DNA from: Escherichia coli
GTDB taxonomy: Bacteria > Pseudomonadota > Gammaproteobacteria > Enterobacterales > Enterobacteriaceae
Reading direction: 5' to 3' (one strand)
Assembly: GCF_045037415.1 (NCBI RefSeq)
Contig: NZ_CP173438.1
Length of the DNA stretch: 64,000 bases
The notes under the pieces are model-generated. The model searched no databases. It had not been told where the DNA came from and was given only the letters and a program-made list of their open reading frames with translations. This document shows positions 62,674 to 64,000 of the stretch, one piece after another. Numbering within the stretch: position 1 is the stretch's first letter; the number at the start of each line of letters is the position of its first letter. The position numbers and the translations under genes are program-made.

Positions 62674-64000
62674 TTAGCAGATTGTTTTTTCTTCAATGAA
62701 CTTGTTAACCAGCGTCATTAACTCGTCCGTTGTCGGTTGAGCAAGAGCCTGCTCTGCTAACACCTTCGCATCTTCGAAGTTCGTGTTACGGATAATCTTC
62801 TTAATGCGCGGGATAGAAATGGCGCTCATAGAGAATTCGTCCAGACCCATCCCCAGCAACAGAAGTGTAGCACGTTCATCGCCAGCAAGCTCACCACACA
62901 TGCCAGTCCATTTGCCTTCAGCATGAGAAGCATCAATAACTTGCTTGATCAAGTTCAGCACGGACGGTGACATTGGCTGGTAAAGGTGTGAAATCATATC
63001 ATTACCACGGTCAACTGCCAGAGTGTACTGCGTTAAATCATTGGTGCCGATACTAAAGAAATCAACTTCTTTGGCTAAATGACGTGCAATTGTTGCGGCA
63101 GCCGGTGTTTCCACCATTACGCCGATTTCAATTGACTCGTCAAACGCTTTACCTTCGTCGCGCAGTTCCTGTTTGTAGATTTCGATCTCTTTGCGCAGTG
63201 CACGCACTTCTTCAACAGAGATGATCATCGGGAACATGATGCGCAATTTACCGAAAGCAGAGGCACGCAGGATAGCACGGAGCTGATCGCGCAGGATCTC
63301 TTTACGATCCATCGCGATACGGATAGCGCGCCAGCCGAGGAACGGGTTCTCTTCTTTCGGGAAGTTCATGTATGGCAGCTCTTTGTCGCCGCCGATGTCC
63401 ATGGTACGAACGATAACCGCCTGCGAGCCACACGCTTCAGCCACTGCTTTGTAAGCAGCAAACTGTTCTTCTTCAGTGGGCAACGCGTCGCGGTCCATGA
63501 ACAGGAACTCAGTACGATACAGACCAACGCCTTCAGCGCCGTTACGCTCTGCACCTTCAACGTCACGAACCGTACCAATGTTAGCGCACACTTCTACCTG
63601 GTGACCGTCCAGCGTAATAGCTGGCAGATCTTTCAGTTTAGCAAGCTCTGCTTTTTCAGAAGCCACTTGCTCCTGAACAGCGCGCATTTTATCAATAACT
63701 TCGTTGGTTGGATTGACGTAAACCTGATTATTTACGGCATCCAGAATCAGATAGTCGTCATTTTTCACCTGAGAGGTGACGCTACCGGTACCCACGATAG
63801 CAGGCAGTTCCAGAGAACGCGCCATGATAGAGGTGTGGGAAGTACGGCCACCCGCGTCGGTGATGAAACCCAGCACCTTCTTCAGGTTCAGCTGTGCGGT
63901 TTCGGACGGCGTCAGGTCAGCGGCAACCAGAATGACTTCATCCTGAATGGCGCTCAGGTCGATAATCTTCAGGCCCAGGATGTTGCGCAGCAGGCGCTTA
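62674..64000 (-). CDS. ptsI: PTS enzyme I, C-terminal ~440 aa (5' end lies beyond window end)
   Basis: Minus-strand frame ends ...[12 protein letters not shown] and continues in frame to position 64000; PEP-utilising enzyme domains. Confidence 0.95.
   Translation of the reverse strand, partial: KRLLRNILGLKIIDLSAIQDEVILVAADLTPSETAQLNLKKVLGFITDAGGRTSHTSIMARSLELPAIVGTGSVTSQVKNDDYLILDAVNNQVYVNPTNEVIDKMRAVQEQVASEKAELAKLKDLPAITLDGHQVEVCANIGTVRDVEGAERNGAEGVGLYRTEFLFMDRDALPTEEEQFAAYKAVAEACGSQAVIVRTMDIGGDKELPYMNFPKEENPFLGWRAIRIAMDRKEILRDQLRAILRASAFGKLRIMFPMIISVEEVRALRKEIEIYKQELRDEGKAFDESIEIGVMVETPAAATIARHLAKEVDFFSIGTNDLTQYTLAVDRGNDMISHLYQPMSPSVLNLIKQVIDASHAEGKWTGMCGELAGDERATLLLLGMGLDEFSMSAISIPRIKKIIRNTNFEDAKVLAEQALAQPTTDELMTLVNKFIEEKTIC

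Overview
This 64 kb window is a conserved Escherichia coli-type chromosomal core segment with no sign of a novel or mobile system. I found no integrase, transposase, IS element, CRISPR array, tRNA/rRNA gene, toxin-antitoxin pair or recognisable defence cassette. Essentially every long ORF maps to a well-known housekeeping gene, in the order (window orientation): purN'-purM / upp-uraA / hda / yfgD-bepA / perM / bcp-gcvR / dapA-bamC / purC / ypfJ-tmcA-ypfH / ypfN-dapE-yffB / ypfM / acrD / narQ / aegA-nudK-ypfG / tktB-talA / maeB / the 17-gene ethanolamine-utilisation microcompartment operon eutSPQTDMNEJGHABCLK-eutR / hemF-amiA / ypeA-yfeZ-yfeY-yfeX / murP-murQ / ucpA / cysPUWA-cysM / yfeK / pdxK / crr-ptsI'. 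Gene starts were refined from the six-frame track by comparison with the protein N-termini I recall for E. coli; these are recollections, not database hits. The points worth a second look are: (1) the eut operon is uninterrupted (no prophage between eutA and eutB as in K-12 MG1655); (2) ypfG is split across two reading frames by an apparent +1 frameshift; (3) several genes that I recall as neighbours in K-12 MG1655 (hyf-focB, yfeW, murR, yfeS) are absent at otherwise tight junctions, suggesting a non-K-12 lineage or a streamlined chromosome; (4) REP/BIME repeats, operator sites and an intra-operon hairpin after eutM. The K-12 comparisons are from memory and need alignment to confirm.
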